Positions 12,110 through 25,845 are shown, counted from the first letter of the stretch. The stretch is 60,000 nt of DNA from Mobula hypostoma (GCF_963921235.1 NC_086107.1:103108001-103168000); one strand, 5' to 3'. The notes: generated from the sequence alone by a model not told the origin. Translations and numbers: made by a program.

Positions 12110-12890
12110 ACGTTCACAAGTTCAGAGTTCATTTATTATCAGTGTATGTATAAATTATACAACCTTGAGATTCGTCTGCTTACAGGCAGGCACAAAACAA
12201 ACAAATCCGAAAGAACCCAATTTGAATAAAGACTAATACCCAATGCGCAAAGACAGGGGCAGAAAAATGAAATCGTGCAAACAATAAAAGCAAGTAGCAG
12301 CATTCAGAATGAAATTCAGCCCATAGACCCGAAGCCCAGAGCAACCAGAGTAGGCCCATAGCCTCAGCCTCAATTTATCACACAGCAGGGCAAATCGCCA
12401 CAAAGCTCAGATACCGAGCCTGGAGCAGTTGCACAGAATCAGCCTGACCCTCGCCTCCAGTCCTAATACCCTGCCTTTTCAGTCTATCTGGGCCGATGTC
12501 CAAGCACCAGGTCATCCCCTGCTCTCCACCACATCAGTGCACTCTGGCCTAGACCCTGCCACCACGTTCCAGCCCATACTCAACGTTTTCAGATCGGCTC
12601 AGTGATCAGAGCAATCCAACCTCGCTCCCGGTTTAGGTGGATGGGCTCCGAAACTCCACCTTGACCTTGCTCCGACCACTTCTCCTCGAACATGCCACGC
12701 CCCGACTTGACTCCGCACCCACACGCCTCGACCCTCGGGTCTGCCTTGCCTTCGCTCACCTCTTCGTTTGCGGTGATAATTTACCACAAAGTGTTATTAA
12801 ATTAATAAAGTATTTAATTGTATTTTTTTTTGCTTTATGAACCACCAGTAAGCTGGCCCCATCTTCAGTACTGCCACCTTAAACCAGAAG
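12110..12890 (-). mobile_element. Non-autonomous retroposon-like repeat with LINE-type 3' tail
   Basis: Minus-strand tail ending in AATAAA plus a short repeat, a GC-rich interior, and AAGATGG near the 5' end. Same architecture as 44250-44890. Confidence 0.4.
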
Positions 12891-13397
12891 GAACCTTCAT
12901 TGTCTTTTCAACTGGCACCATTGTGATCCTTGCCTACTGGCCCAGGGAGGCTGTGAATTCCTCTCATGGCATTGCAACTCAAAATTGCTGCTGTGTTTAA
13001 TGGTAGGCAGTGTGCTTTAAATGACTAATGCTTAACTTAAAGGCAAAATGTCATAATGATTGAAACAAGGCCTTGAGGTGAACACCATGTCAGTCCACGG
13101 GACTATCTTCATATAACCACTTCACGTAAACCCAGGTATTGTCTCGGTTCCATTTAAAGGAAAGGCAGATGCCTTGGACTCTCTCCCCAGCACCACACAA
13201 AGTGTTTAGAAGCCAAGTTTCCCTGCCTCTGTATTACTCAGTAACTGAGAGCAATTGACAAGAGTTCGCTGCCTAACGCTGACATTTGATGGTGATTCTC
13301 CGGCTTGTTCTCCTTAGCAAAAGGAACTTCCGTCTGTCTGACTTTACCAGTTTGCACAGAATACGATTATTGTGTTAATGTTATTTTACGTGCTACA

Positions 13398-13805
13398 CAG
13401 TACTGTGCAAAACTCTTAGCAACATGTAAAAAAAATTCTGTAAAGCAAAGATGCTTTCAAAAATAATGAACTGAAAAGTTTCTAAATATCAAAACATTTA
13501 ATATAAAGAGCAGTAAACAGATTAAAAACTAAATCAAATCAATATTTGGTATGACCACCATTGCCTTTAAAACTGCATCAATTTCTGTAGGTACACTGAT
13601 GTACAGTTTTATGAGAAAATGAGCTGGTAGGTTGTTCCAGACATCTTGGAGAACTTGCCAAGTTCTTCTGCAGACTTTGGCTGTCTCGTTTGCTTCTGTC
13701 TCTCCAGGTAATCCCAGACAGCCTCAACAATGTTGAGATCAGGGCTCTGTGAAGGCCATACCATCTGAAACCATATAAAAACTCTAAGGCTTTTGCACCG
13801 TACTG
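13398..13805 (-). mobile_element. Tc1-type transposon deletion derivative
   Basis: TIRs CAGTACTGTGCAAAA / TTTTGCACCGTACTG followed by TA. Internal WPSQSPDLNIVEAVWDYLER is the Tc1 SPDLNxIE motif. Confidence 0.85.
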
Positions 13806-14830
13806 TAGGTGATATATGTACTGTGATTTGCACCTTGTTCCCAGAGGAACATTAGTCCATTTGGCAGTATACACGTCAGGCTGAAAGACAATAAACTTGA
13901 AGTTGTTCTCTCTGATGCAGATCTGTTGGCTGCAGGAGATATTCATTTGAGTCTTTTTTAACTTCAGGTGGCAAACTGGATGTTATAGGTTTAATTTTCT
14001 GGACCGGGTTTTGCATAAGCAACCAGACAAACTCCTGCTACTGCCACTCATCCCAGACTGAACTGTTACATCAGTCAAAAGATTAGCAAAATGAATCCAG
14101 TCAACACACCTACTCATCCAGGGCCATCGCTCCACCAGAGGCAACATCCTCCCTGTTAGATTGTCCAAGGGCTGATGGTTAAGATCAGCAGACAGTCAGG
14201 ATTTTGCTGTATCAATCCGCCCTCACTCCCTCCCCCCATACACCCACACAACCCAGTCATCATGATCCCACTGTAGAAAACTGTCCAGGAAACACTCTAG
14301 ATTCCTCCTTCAACTTCTCCGAGATTTGTGTTCCGCGGCTAGCGTCCAAGTGAGGGTGGGTCTGCCTCTCCTGGATGAGGAGGTGCAAATCTTCAGGATT
14401 ATGTCAAAACTACTCACGAGTGGAATGGCATAATCTTACTTAAAATGAGCTTTTCGTCCTGGACCTCCATCCCCAGCAGGAGTCCATCCACTGGTTGCAG
14501 GGCGGGTTATAGAGTGTGGTGGGTGAGTGGGGCTAATTCATCCCAGCCCACAGTGATTAAAACCCATTGCTCTCTGGTGCCCAGAATATGTCACATGTTC
14601 TGCATTCTCTCTGAAGATCCACCATATTGCAATAAACTTCCCCACTTCAATAGCTCAGTCTCACCCCTTATAAAGAGCACGGTGCAGTCCCATTCCGGCG
14701 GTGTCCTTCCTGGGTCCATGTCCACTCTAAACGTCCACGTTCCATTGGGCCGTGCCCCTGATTTCCGGCCGGTTTGGGGCACCCCTGTCCCAGGGTCTCT
14801 GTGGCTTCCCGCAAAGTGGCCGGAGAGAGC

Positions 14831-14999
14831 TTAAACGTATTCGCAGATGTGTCCGCATCCCGTCGGGCAGTGGGTGTGGAGTCGGAACCACTCCATGACG
14901 TGCTGGAGATGTCCTCCATGGGTGCATCCCTGGCACCAGACAAACAAGCCCTTCACCGCGTGGTGACACACTGCGCACTTGCTCGCTCCCCGGCGGCAC
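14831..14999 (-). CDS. WDR24: WDR24 coding exon 8 (last; C-terminal zinc/RING region)
   Basis: Acceptor CCTGCCAG; (R)[55 protein letters not shown]; 169 nt. Confidence 0.96.
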
Positions 15000-16296
15000 C
15001 TGGCAGGACAGATGATAAAGGCCATTAACTTCGGAGGGTTGGGGTGAAAGCCCAGCCCACAAAGCAAACCATTTGAGAGGGTAAATAAGGTGATTCCAAC
15101 CACCAGTGAATAAGCGAGAGGAAAGATTAAACATTTCTGCGAGCACTCCAGTAATCCGGTGCACACAGACTTTGGTGCTGCTGGTCTGGTGGATATTCCT
15201 GACTAAGGATTGATATTTTAAAAATTTAATAGCACAACACATTGTTAATTCGTGGATTTTTTGGGATGTTTTACTGAAATATTTTCCAATGAGCTTTGGA
15301 AGATTAAAGAGAGCCAGACAAACAGAAGCAGGTGAAATTTCAGGGAACTGGAACCCCATGAATGAGAGGGGGCCCTTGTGAGCTTCGGGGGGAAACCGAG
15401 ATCCCATCAGCGAGAGGGAGTGGGACCCTTATGAGTTTCACAGAACATAGAGAAAAGTACCATAAAGGAATAGGCCATTCAGCCCACAATGTTGTGCTGA
15501 ACCAGCTAAAAAAGCGAATCAAAAACACCCAAACACTAATCCCTCCTACCTACGCCCTCCATATCCCTCCATCCTCCTCACATTTCAAGGAAACGCCAGA
15601 AGCAGGGCACTGTGAGTGAGATGGAATGGAGCCCTCGTGAGTTTCGAGGGAACATGGGAACCGGAAATTCATGAGCGAGAAGGGACATGGTGACTGGGGC
15701 CAGCTGCCGTATCACTGGGACGGTGATATTTACTGTGCTGGGAATAGTGGTGGGAAGACGATCAACACTGAAAAAGAGAACTATATGGAGCCATGGGACT
15801 CACTGGAGAGGGAGGGAACGTCGACTCAGACCATGAGGAGCCTGCGTCGGGCACTTTCATGCCTTACAAGGCACAGATTGGAAGTCTGTGTGGGGCACCA
15901 CTCCTCGCACAGATACTAGAGCGATCTGTGGTTAAGTGCCTTGCTCAAGGACACAAGGACAGCTGAGGCTCGAACTACAGATCTTGTAAAAGACTAGTAC
16001 CAGGCAGGATGGATCAACTCTGCTTGGATGATACCAAGGAATGGGATTTTTTTCCCCATCAGAGGATTGAAACCATGAGGAATTTGGATGGGAAGGGTAT
16101 GGAGGACTATGGTCCGGGTGCAGGCAATGGGACTAGATAGTCCAAAGGGTCTCTCTCCATGCTGTAGTGTTCTATCATGCTACAAGGCACAGTTGCAGAG
16201 CACCAACCACAGGGTAACTGTGTCAGCAAACGAACTGCCTCCTCATCGCAGAGAGCCATCAGCGGCAGAGGAGACCCGCCCAGCCACGCCACTCAC

Positions 16297-16481
16297 CTCT
16301 CGCACATCCAGCCGTGGGTGTTCATCGGCCGCTTGCAGTTGTTACAGTTGACGTGCAGGGTGGTCGAGGCCTGGTTCAGACAATTGATGGACCTGCACGT
16401 GCTCAGCTTGATCACCTCGTTGGCCACGTTCCAAAGTCGGAATCGCTGCAGGAGGTCGATGTAGGACATGTACCAGTGCTC
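16297..16481 (-). CDS. WDR24: WDR24 coding exon 7
   Basis: [72 protein letters not shown]; 185 nt. Confidence 0.96.
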
Positions 16482-16630
16482 CTGTTGGGTTTAAAGACAC
16501 TTCAGTGACGCCACTAGAACATGAAAACAGAGCACTTGGCCCTCCAGCCATTCTGTTAGGTCCAACTTATTTCATTGAAGACAAGGTGATACTGAGGCTG
16601 CTACAATTTAAAAAAACAAGGGACATTGAA

Positions 16631-17142
16631 TCAGTGGCCACTTTATTAGGTACAGGAGTGGAACCCAGTGAGGTCTTCTGCTGCTGCAGCCCATCTACTT
16701 CAAGGTTGGACTTGCTGTGCATTCAGAGATGCTCTTCTGCGTGCCACTGTTGTAAGCGTGGTTATTTGAGTTTCTGTCGCCTTTCTGTCAGCCTGAACAA
16801 GTCTGACCATTCTCCCTGATCTCTCATTAACAAGACATTTTCATCCACAGAACTTGATGCGATTTGTCTTTCACGCATTCTCTGTAAACTATAGACTATC
16901 GTGCATGAAAAATCATAGATCAGCAGTTTCTAATTTACTCAGACCACCCCATCTAGCACCAACAATAGTCACTTAGATCACACTTCTTCCCCCATTCTGA
17001 TGTTTGGTCTGAACAACAACTGAGCCTCTTGACCACGTCTGCATGCTTTTATGCCTTGAGTTGCTGCCACCTGATTGGCTGACTAGATATTTGCATTAAT
17101 AAGCAGGTGTACAGGTATAGCTAATAAAGTGGCCACTGAGTG
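16631..17142 (-). mobile_element. Tc1-type non-autonomous element
   Basis: TIRs TCAGTGGCCACTTTATTAGG / CTAATAAAGTGGCCACTGAGTG followed by TA. It is an inverted relative of 18224-18779. Confidence 0.75.
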
Positions 17143-18223
17143 TATTTTTGCTCCTTATCCTTATTCAAATCAGCTGCCCTCAGGAAGCCAAGTGTAGCTC
17201 TCTCCACTGCCTGAATATCTGGGAAAATTACCTATCAACACTAATGTAGCTTTTAATCTAATGAAATGAGGCAGGACAAACACTTTAAAATGAGAAAAGG
17301 AATAGAAGGACCTGCAGGAAATCTCTGTAGGTTATAGGTGGTAAAGTTGAGAAAGCTGTTTAATAAAAAAAATAGGAATTTATTCACAAACAAGAGAAAA
17401 TCTGCAGATGCTGGAAATCCAAATAACACAGACAAAATGCTGGAGGAACTCAGCAGGCCAGGCAGCATCTATGGAAAAGAGTAAGCAGTCAACGTTTCAG
17501 GCCGAGACCCTCCAGAAGGAATCTAGTGCTGATTACCAGGTGCATGAAGATAAAGCAAAAAGGTTATCGCTGTAATTACTCTGCTGTTTTCAGATGATCT
17601 CAAGGCCTTGACCAGAATGGTGAGGGCTCTTAGCTATTCGGAAAAAAGATGAGCGCAGAGGAACTTACAAGGAGATCTCACAGAAAGGTGTGGAATTGTG
17701 AAGGGTTTCAACTTCAGTTTTGTTTCAGATTGTTAAAAACCTAAAAACAAAATAGAAATGAGTGGTTCTGTGGGCAAAATCACCTTGTTAGTGAGACGAG
17801 TCGGAGGAGCATGGCCAGACTGGTTCAAGCTGACATGAGACTTTCCTTTTACAAAGGTGGGAGGACACTGATCTCAGGTGGGAAAAGATTCACAAGTACT
17901 TTGGAAGTGGGTAATTACTTGGAAAAGGAAGTTTTGCCTGGATCTGAGGATAAAGAGATACATGGAAAAATGTGACTGCTGCTTCAAAAAATTGCTCTCT
18001 TCCAACCACTTCCACCTTCTAACTGGAAGCCATTTAAACTCGCCCGTGACTCATGTAAGGTTGGGGAACTCGCCTCTTGTAGACATCAATTAGTTTGAAT
18101 GGTGGACGAAGGAAAAGAGGGACAAGGGCTTTGTAATTTGCTCATCTGTAGTGTAGGCATAACTAGAGTGTGGCTGGGCTATAGAGGATATTCCCTCCCG
18201 TAATTGCAGTATGCTGTGATATA

Positions 18224-18779
18224 CACACAGTGGCCAATTTATTAGGTACACCTGCTCATCAATGCAAATATCTAATCAGCCAATCACTTGGCAGCAACTC
18301 AATACATAAAAGCACGCAGACATGGTCAAGAGGTTCAGTTGTTGTTCAGACCAAAATCAAAATGGGGAAGAAATGACAAACTCACCAAGTGACTTTGACT
18401 GTGGAATGATTGTTGGTGCCAGATGGGGTGGTTTGAGTATCTCAGGAACTGCTGATCTCCTGGGATTTTCAAACACAACAGTATCTAGAGTTTACAGAGA
18501 ATAGTGCAAAAAACAAAAAAAAAAACACCCAGTGAGTGGCAGTTTTGGGGGGGAAAATGTCCTGTTAATAAGAGGGGTCAGAGGAGAATGGCCAGAGTGG
18601 ATCAAGCTGACAGGAAGATGACAGTAACTCCAATAATCATGCATTACAACAGTGGTGTGCAGAACACACACCCCTCAAGCCTTGAAGTGGATGGTCTATA
18701 GCAGCAGAAGACCATAAACACACACCCAGTGGCCTCTTCGTTAGGTATAGGAGGTTCCCAATACAGTGGTCACCGAGTC
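18224..18779 (+). mobile_element. Tc1-type element with transposase N-terminal remnant (partial copy also at ~29780-29900)
   Basis: TA-flanked CACACAGTGGCCAATTTATTAGGTAC terminus. SDFDCGMIVGARWGGLSISGTADLLGFSNTTVSRVYRE resembles the Tc1 paired-like HTH. Confidence 0.8.
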
Positions 18780-19134
18780 TATGACTCGACAGGTCAGAAC
18801 CCATTTCAGGTGATTTTGGGCACAGGGCAGTGTGTTCAGTTTGCCTTAGGCATACAGTTCTGGGTTTACCATATGGAGCATGGGCTTTACTCTGAATATT
18901 ATAGAACGGATCGGGCCTCAAATTCAGTTCAGTTCTGGGTTGTCGCGTTATAGGAAGGATGTGAAGGCTTTAGGGGAGTCCAGAAAAGGTTTATGGAGAC
19001 AGTTCCTGGGAATTAGGGACTGTGGAACACACTGCCTGCAGAAATGGTGGAGGCAGCCTCCACCGCGAACAGAAAACGTAAAGTGAAGTCGATTTCACGA
19101 GGCTACGGAGAAAGGACCAAGCAATGGATTTACT

Positions 19135-19735
19135 GAGCAACACACACACAAAATGCTGGGGGAGCTTGCAAGTCAGGCGATGATGGTGGGAATTAAACAG
19201 TCAATGAGACCTTACATCGGGACTGGAGAGGAAGGCGGAAGAGGTCAGAATAAGGTGAGGGAGGGGGAAGGAGTAAAAGCTGGCAGGTGATAGGTGAGCA
19301 GGGGGGAAGTAAGAAGCTGGGAGGTGATAGGTGAGACAGGTGAGGGGGAAGGTGGGTTGGAGGGGTAAAGGGTGGGGTGGGTGGTGATAGGTGGACAAGG
19401 TAAAGGGCTGAAGAAGGAGGAAACTGACAAGAAAGGACAGTGGACTCTGGGATAAAGGGAAGGGGGTGGGAAACCAGAGGGAGGTGATGGGCACGTCATG
19501 AGGTCAGGGGAAGAGAAGGAGTGAGAAGGGCCACCTTCACCCATCACCTGTCATTCTCCTCTCTCCTCACCTTCTTATTCTGGTTTCTGCCCATTTCCTT
19601 CTCAGTCCGAGGGGTCTCGGCCCGAAACGCTAACTGTTTATTCCCCTCCATAGATGCTGCCTGACTTGCCGAGCTCCTCCAGCATTTTGTGTGGATTGCT
19701 CAGGATTTCCAGCATCTGTAGCGTCTCTTGTATCT
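19135..19735. mobile_element. Penelope-like 3' termini in inverted arrangement
   Basis: Left terminus on the minus strand, a purine-rich tail, then a right terminus on the plus strand with a degenerate GGGTCTCGGCCCGAAAC motif. Confidence 0.65.
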
Positions 19736-19876
19736 CTGACAGAGTGAGTGAGTTGCTCTGGTGGAGAGCTGCTATCGATGGAATGCACCGACAAAGGCTA
19801 ACTTTGGCATCCAGTCAACACGTTCACTAAAGATGAGCAACCCAAGGAAACACATCCCCTTTTTACGTAGCCGTAC

Positions 19877-20214
19877 CTGCGTCTGCTCATCGATCTCCTT
19901 CCTGATCCTGTCCCCAAGCACAATCAGCACTGATATCGCCATCTGCACATCTCCCTGCTCGGCGTACAAGCGCATCATGTCCCGCACGATGGGGTTGAAG
20001 TAGTCGGTGGGGAAACTGTGGTCAAAGGGCGGCTGCGAGACAGAGACGAGGGAAATGCCCTCGGTTGGCGTCAGGGAGACCGAATCCGCCTCATTGCCGC
20101 TGATGTGGGGGGAGTCGGTCTTGTCCTGGAAGTGGTCCAGGCTGGTCGGGTGGTCCAGGATCTCGTGGCGCAGAGGGAAGCCCTCCTGCGGGAGAATGAA
20201 CTCGTTCTCTTCTG
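19877..20214 (-). CDS. WDR24: WDR24 coding exon 6
   Basis: [29 protein letters not shown]...[36 protein letters not shown]; 338 nt. An alternative tandem acceptor would start at 20211. Confidence 0.95.
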
Positions 20215-20812
20215 CTGAGGAAAGCAAAGAGAGGGTCCTGACCGGCTGCATCGGGGTGTTGTACCGCAGTTCCAAAGCACAAGATCGCGAGAGGCTGCAG
20301 AGGGCAGTGGACCCAGCCCGGTCCATCACAGGCACAGCCCCCCTCACCACCTCAAGTGGGCAGCATCTGCCATCAAGGATGCCCACCATGTGGGTCACAT
20401 CCTCACTGCTGCCATCAGACAGAAACCTGAAATGCCCGGACCAAGTACTTCCTTACCTGCATGGCCCTAAGAACAGAACACTTCCTGCCCTACCATGGGC
20501 TTGTCTGCCCGTGTCTTGTCTGTTGTACCAAGCTCTTTTTCACAGTCTTTTTTTCTCTTTTCACTGTGATAGATCTCAGAAACTGCCCTTCGGCATCTCT
20601 AATCTGGGCCAACATGGTACTCTGCTGAGTCCCATCGATCTGCACCTGTACCACACCCCTCCAATCCATGCACTTCTCTTGTTGAGTACAAGTTATGTAT
20701 ACTTTCTGTTCTGTGTGATTTATCTGTGTTTGTGACGCTGCTGCAAGTTTGATTTTCATTTTACCAACACCTCTCCGTTTATGTACACACGACAATAAAC
20801 TTGATGTAATTA

Positions 20813-21141
20813 CACTAGACAACAAAGATTTTGCTTCCTGAATACTTCTGGGTGTACCTTATGGATTTTGTGCTGCTGATCATGAAAATCACCACGAAAT
20901 TTCCCATTTTTAAAAAATTGCTCATATGTGTAATTTCAATTCATAATTAAAGCAACTGATGCCAAGATTAATAAGGAAGGCATTTTTGTTGGTCCATAAA
21001 TCAAACAGGTCATCAATGACTGGTAATTCGAAGAACTTCTAGTGGGATCGGAGAAAATCACATGGAAGGCACTCAAGGATGTTGCTGAAAATTTTCTTGG
21101 CAACTACAGAGCACCAAACTACGTGCAACTGGTTGACAATG
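20813..21141 (+). mobile_element. Truncated Chapaev3-like (CMC) DNA transposon
   Basis: Left end TTA|CACTAGACAACAAAGATTTTGCTTCCTG and internal sequence shared with 41406-42623. Confidence 0.6.
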
Positions 21142-21661
21142 GAGAACGTCATCTTTGAAGAAGCAGTGGTGGGACACAGGTGCGCTGGGCTCACATTTAA
21201 GTGTGGATTAGGAAAGAAAAAGAGGACGCTCGGTATCTCACAACTTCTTTTCAGGACGAAGAGCAATCAGCATGTGACCAGCCTCCCTCCTCATATAACT
21301 GGCTTGGGACCCGGTCTGACTTCCCCGTCTTCTATCCCAAAGACTTTTTATCCTCCAACCGGATAGCTAAGGCTTGATCCTGGGTGTGGAGCCAGGTCTT
21401 CAACTCTCTTTACCTCAACCTGTAAACAATCTCTCTCCATGTCCTCGTCCATTCACCTCAACTCTCCAGGTGTTCCACATTTTTAACCAACCCAGGGCAA
21501 AGAAGTTTCTGCTATTTCCCCATGGAATGCTTTTGTCTTTAGTTTAGTTAAATGTCTCCCCTAGCCTTGGGGAACCGGAAAGCTCCGAAATGAATGACCC
21601 CTTTCTGACCTGCCTAGGCTTCTGGGAACAACTGAAACCCAGCAGCTCCCCGACCACTCAC

Positions 21662-21766
21662 CTGGGGCATTCTCGTGATCAACAATGAAGAAATCGTCCT
21701 CATCGACTTCACCGTCACCGAACAGGTAATCCGCTGGTGCGTCACTGCCCTCTGTCTCCTCGTTAT
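21662..21766 (-). CDS. WDR24: WDR24 coding exon 5
   Basis: CCCCTCAG|DNEETEGSDAPADYLFGDGEVDEDDFFIVDHENAP|GTGAGT; 105 nt. Confidence 0.95.
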
Positions 21767-21917
21767 CTGAGGGGATGCGAAAGGCACTGCAGAGCTCTGT
21801 TACTCGAACTAAACAATAATCCATTACCTCGAATTCAACATTTTAGGAACAGATTCTCCCCCTTCCACCATCAGATTCCTGAACAGTCAGTGAACCCTAT
21901 CTCATTATTCCACTTTA

Positions 21918-22140
21918 GGGGCGACATGGTAGTGTAGTGGTTAGTGCAACACTTCACAGTACAGGTGATCCGGGTTCAATTCCCGCCACTGACTGTAAGG
22001 AGTTTGTACGTTCTCCCCGTGATTGCGTCGGTTTGCTCCCGGTGCTCTGGTTTCCTCCCACAGCGTAAGACGTACCGTTTGGGAGGTTAGTTGGTCATTG
22101 TAAGTTGTCCCACGATTAGGCTAGGATTAAACTGGGGTAT
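21918..22140 (+). mobile_element. tRNA-derived V-domain (HE1-like) SINE; further copies ~30680-30830(+), 38140-38280(-), 39120-39275(-), 45070-45285(-), 46555-46700(+)
   Basis: A-box-like TAGTGTAGTGG and B-box GGTTCAATTCC, then GGAGTTTGTACGTTCTCCCCGTG..GGTTTCCTCCCAC. Confidence 0.75.
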
Positions 22141-24102
22141 TGGAATCTATCGGAATTTATTCCTTACTCTGACCTTTCATTTTGTCTCACCTGCCTATTA
22201 CAAGCTGGACACTACAGCTAGAAGAGCCTATTCTACACTGCGTCTCAATAAACAAATAAATATTTAAAAAATCGTAACTTATAGTATTTTTTTTAATGGA
22301 TTGAATTGTACTGCTGCCACAAAACAACAAATTTCATTAACATAAGACCGTGATAATAAACCCAATTCTGACATGTTTGGGGAAAACACACACAGTGCTG
22401 GGAGGACTCCGCAGGTCAGGCGGCAACTATGGAGAGGAATAAACAGTCCACAGGTCGGGCTGGGACCCTGCATCAGGACTGTTTGATGGAGTAACTGGAG
22501 AGAAACCTCACAGGAACCAGAATCGGAGCTCAGACTTTCTGTGAGACGGGGAATGCCTGGCTGTTGGATATGTAATTAACCCCTCCCAAATGGCTGGAGG
22601 TGCTACATCAATGGACCCTCTCAAGCTTGTATAGATCTTTAGTGGTTGGAGTACCCAGGGATGGGCCTGGGTGGGTTTGAGCTGGAGATCAGTCGGAGGA
22701 AATGCATTTGAACGATGACTGCTCTGCTCTCTGATCCTATATGAAAATCTCTGGGAGATCCTTAAACAGACTTTCCCAACCTTTTTTATACCAAGGACCA
22801 ATACAATTAAACAAGGGGTCCGTGGACCCCAGATTGGGAACCCCTGTCCTAAAACGTCTCTCTGTGTCACCTGAGTTGTACACACAGGATCAGGCCATTC
22901 TTCCCACCACGCTCATACTGTTCCAGCCACTTGCACTGATCCTATTAGCCCACATTGGGACTGTATCCTTCAGTGCCTTGCCTTTTACATGCCCATCTGA
23001 ACGTCTCTTAAATATGATAACTGTAATTGATTCCACCACCTCATCTGGCACCTCAGATCTCCTTTGAAACTTCTCCCTCTCACCAATGCCAATGAAGGAA
23101 TGACATCCATTGGAATCCAATCCCCACTCTGACCTTTCACTTCCTTTCACCTGCCTACCACTTCCCCCTGGGTCCCTTCCTCCTTCCCTTTCTCCTATGA
23201 GATTCCTTCCTCTCCAGCCCTTGACCTTTCCCACCCACCTGGCCTCTTTCCTCTCTCCCCTCTCTTTTTATTCTGGCATCTTCCCCCTTCCTTTCCAGTC
23301 CCAAAACACTGACTGTTTATTCATTTCCATTGATGTTGCCTGCAGCATTTTGTGTGTATCGCTGTTGCTTTGGATTTTCTGCAGACTTACTCATGAAGAG
23401 AGAGAAATTGCCTTTCAATTTCACGAGGGAGTATAGGCCATCAACTTTTTGCTGCTAATGTTACTGTATTGCTAGCTCGACGCTCAACCCAGCACGGATG
23501 GAAAGCGTGCACGGGAGCCGGCTGGATTCGAACTCGGGACTTTCCGCCCCAAAGTCCAGCGCTGATGCCGCTACTACACCAACTGGCTGTAGAGTATTGG
23601 ACTGTTGTTTTACTTAGAACAAATAAAGAGACACGTTAGCATGAGCAAGGACAAAGAAGCAAACTTCCCTGTCCTCCATGCAACCTGAAGCCAACATGAC
23701 CTACTGTGTATGGCTGCTTTAAAACTAGTGTCCTACCAGTTTCCTCCTTTTACCAGGTCCTCACAGCCTCTAACCTCTGATCTTTCAAAAATATATCTAC
23801 CCCACACCCAACTTTAAATCCTTCTTCTGATCCTACCTTCACGACTCTGGGATGGCACATGAGGATTCCCCAGATTCACCCACCCTTAGCAAGAACATAT
23901 TTCTAGACACTCCAGTTTTAAATGACTGGCTCCTTGTAATTATGTTCCCTCGTTTAAAACTCACAATCTCCAACTCGGAATCCTAGGTCTAAAGGTCCAA
24001 TTCAATGTCAGAGAAATGAATACAATATACATCCTGAAATCTTTTTTCTTCGCAAACATCCACAAAAAACAGAGGAGTGCCCCAAAGAATGAATGACAGT
24101 TA

Positions 24103-25060
24103 GGCTACGTCTACACTACGCTGGATAATTTTGAAAACGCTGGTTTCAAGTAAAAACGACAGGTGTCCACACTAAGCGTTTTTCAAAATATCTCTGTCCA
24201 CATTAGACGGATATTTGGGCGAATCTCCTCCTACTGGGCACGCGCAGGACACACGGAAAACAAGCGAAGAGGAAACGGTATACTTGGTGAGCGTTTGTCC
24301 AGTTACAGAGTAGAAAAACTTAAAAGAAATTGCTCTTGGCTCTCGCTCAGGAGGACTTAAAACTAAAAAAAACAAATACTGGAGCGTATGGAGGCAACCG
24401 ACAGGGCAGTATGACCCAGCTGACAACAAGCACTGAAAAACTGACTAACTCTGTTACATTAATAAAGCACCTTGTTAAATGTATAAAACGTCTGCATCAG
24501 TGTTATCTTGTATTTCCATACAATGTCACATTAGTCTGTTACACATCTATTGTCAGAGAAGTACTTGCTTCAATAGGTGAACCACCTTCATACAAGCAAG
24601 GACAGAAAACAGGGCAAAGTGAGTATACTTATTTATTCAGTAAGCTAAGGGTCATTTGGTGAGTACATTTCTAATTCTTTTGGCTTCAGTCTCGTTGCCG
24701 TCCGTTCTGAAATTGTTAGGTTCTGCGAAGCGCAGAATCAAATTTCGCTCTGATGATTGTACACTCTAGTATCAATTGTTTGGTGACAATAAAGTAGTAA
24801 TAATAATAATAAGAAAACAATGAAATGCCGCGCTGTTGCCATCTGTTCCGGCACATCATGACAGCGGTTTTAAAAAGCTCCGGTTACCCCTTACACACTG
24901 CAACGGATATTAGGCGTTTTCAGATTTATTCACTCTGGAGACCGTTTCTGAAAATCTCTGTTTTCAGGGGATGAAAACACCATTTCAGTGTGCACGGAAG
25001 GTTAAAACAAAGAGAAAAAGCTTCATTTTCAAAATTATCCAGCGTAATGTGGACGTAGCC
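24103..25060 (+). mobile_element. PIF/Harbinger non-autonomous transposon, copy 1
   Basis: ~35-bp TIRs GGCTACGTCTACACTACGCTGGATAATTTTGAAAA / TTTTCAAAATTATCCAGCGTAATGTGGACGTAGCC, with a perfect TTA TSD (24100-02, 25061-63). Confidence 0.88.
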
Positions 25061-25845
25061 TTAAATGTTAAAACCCCAAAGTGCCCCTCAGCTCCCCTCC
25101 CTCCCGTGCATACCTCTCATTCTTCTCAACTCCAAGGAATACAGGCCCATCCCTTTACTCTCTCTTGATAAGACAACCATTTCATCCCAAGAAATCATCA
25201 TTCTCTTAAGAAATGCCTATCAGGGTATATTCTGGAATTAGGGTATGAAGCAAATATTAACGTCAACAGCAACCAAACTTCAAATCTGAATATGGATCAT
25301 AGATTGAATTTAGAGTGCAGCTCAGAACAAGTAAACTTCAGACCAGGAAACACCAATTGACTGCTACATGTTTGCATATGCATGAATGCAATCAGCACCC
25401 CATTACATGAATATGACTCAGAGACCACAGCATTTAGAGTCAATTGCAGAGCAGGAGACATCCAACTGACTGAGATGTCTGCATATGCATGAATGCAATC
25501 AACACACAATTGCATGAATACAACTCAGAGACCATTTTGGATGCGTTGGTGGGAAGACCCAGGAATTTAAAAATCAATCTCCCTCCCCTCCCCTCTCCTC
25601 CCCCCCAAAAAAGGTATCAGCTTCTGTGTGTCTCAAATAAAGACTTTTATATCTACAGGCTGCATCCCTCGCTGACTTTGTTCACAATTACAACAGCTCC
25701 AATGCTACTGAATCCATTGCTGGGGGAGGACGACCAACACTACATACAGTGCTCCAGATGTGGCTTCACCCACACCCTGTAATAGACATTTTCCTAGGGA
25801 TTATTTGGAGTGAGAGTCACAGAGATGAAGTGGGCAACCTGGTAC

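Noticed and set aside
13990..13995. ATTAAA on the minus strand as the WDR24 polyA signal
   Set aside because: Plausible position (~840 nt past the stop), but a variant hexamer alone is too weak without transcript data.
19772..20398. 208-aa ORF as one coding unit
   Set aside because: Only 19877-20214 is WDR24 exon; the flanks are intron and antisense LINE read-through beyond the splice sites.
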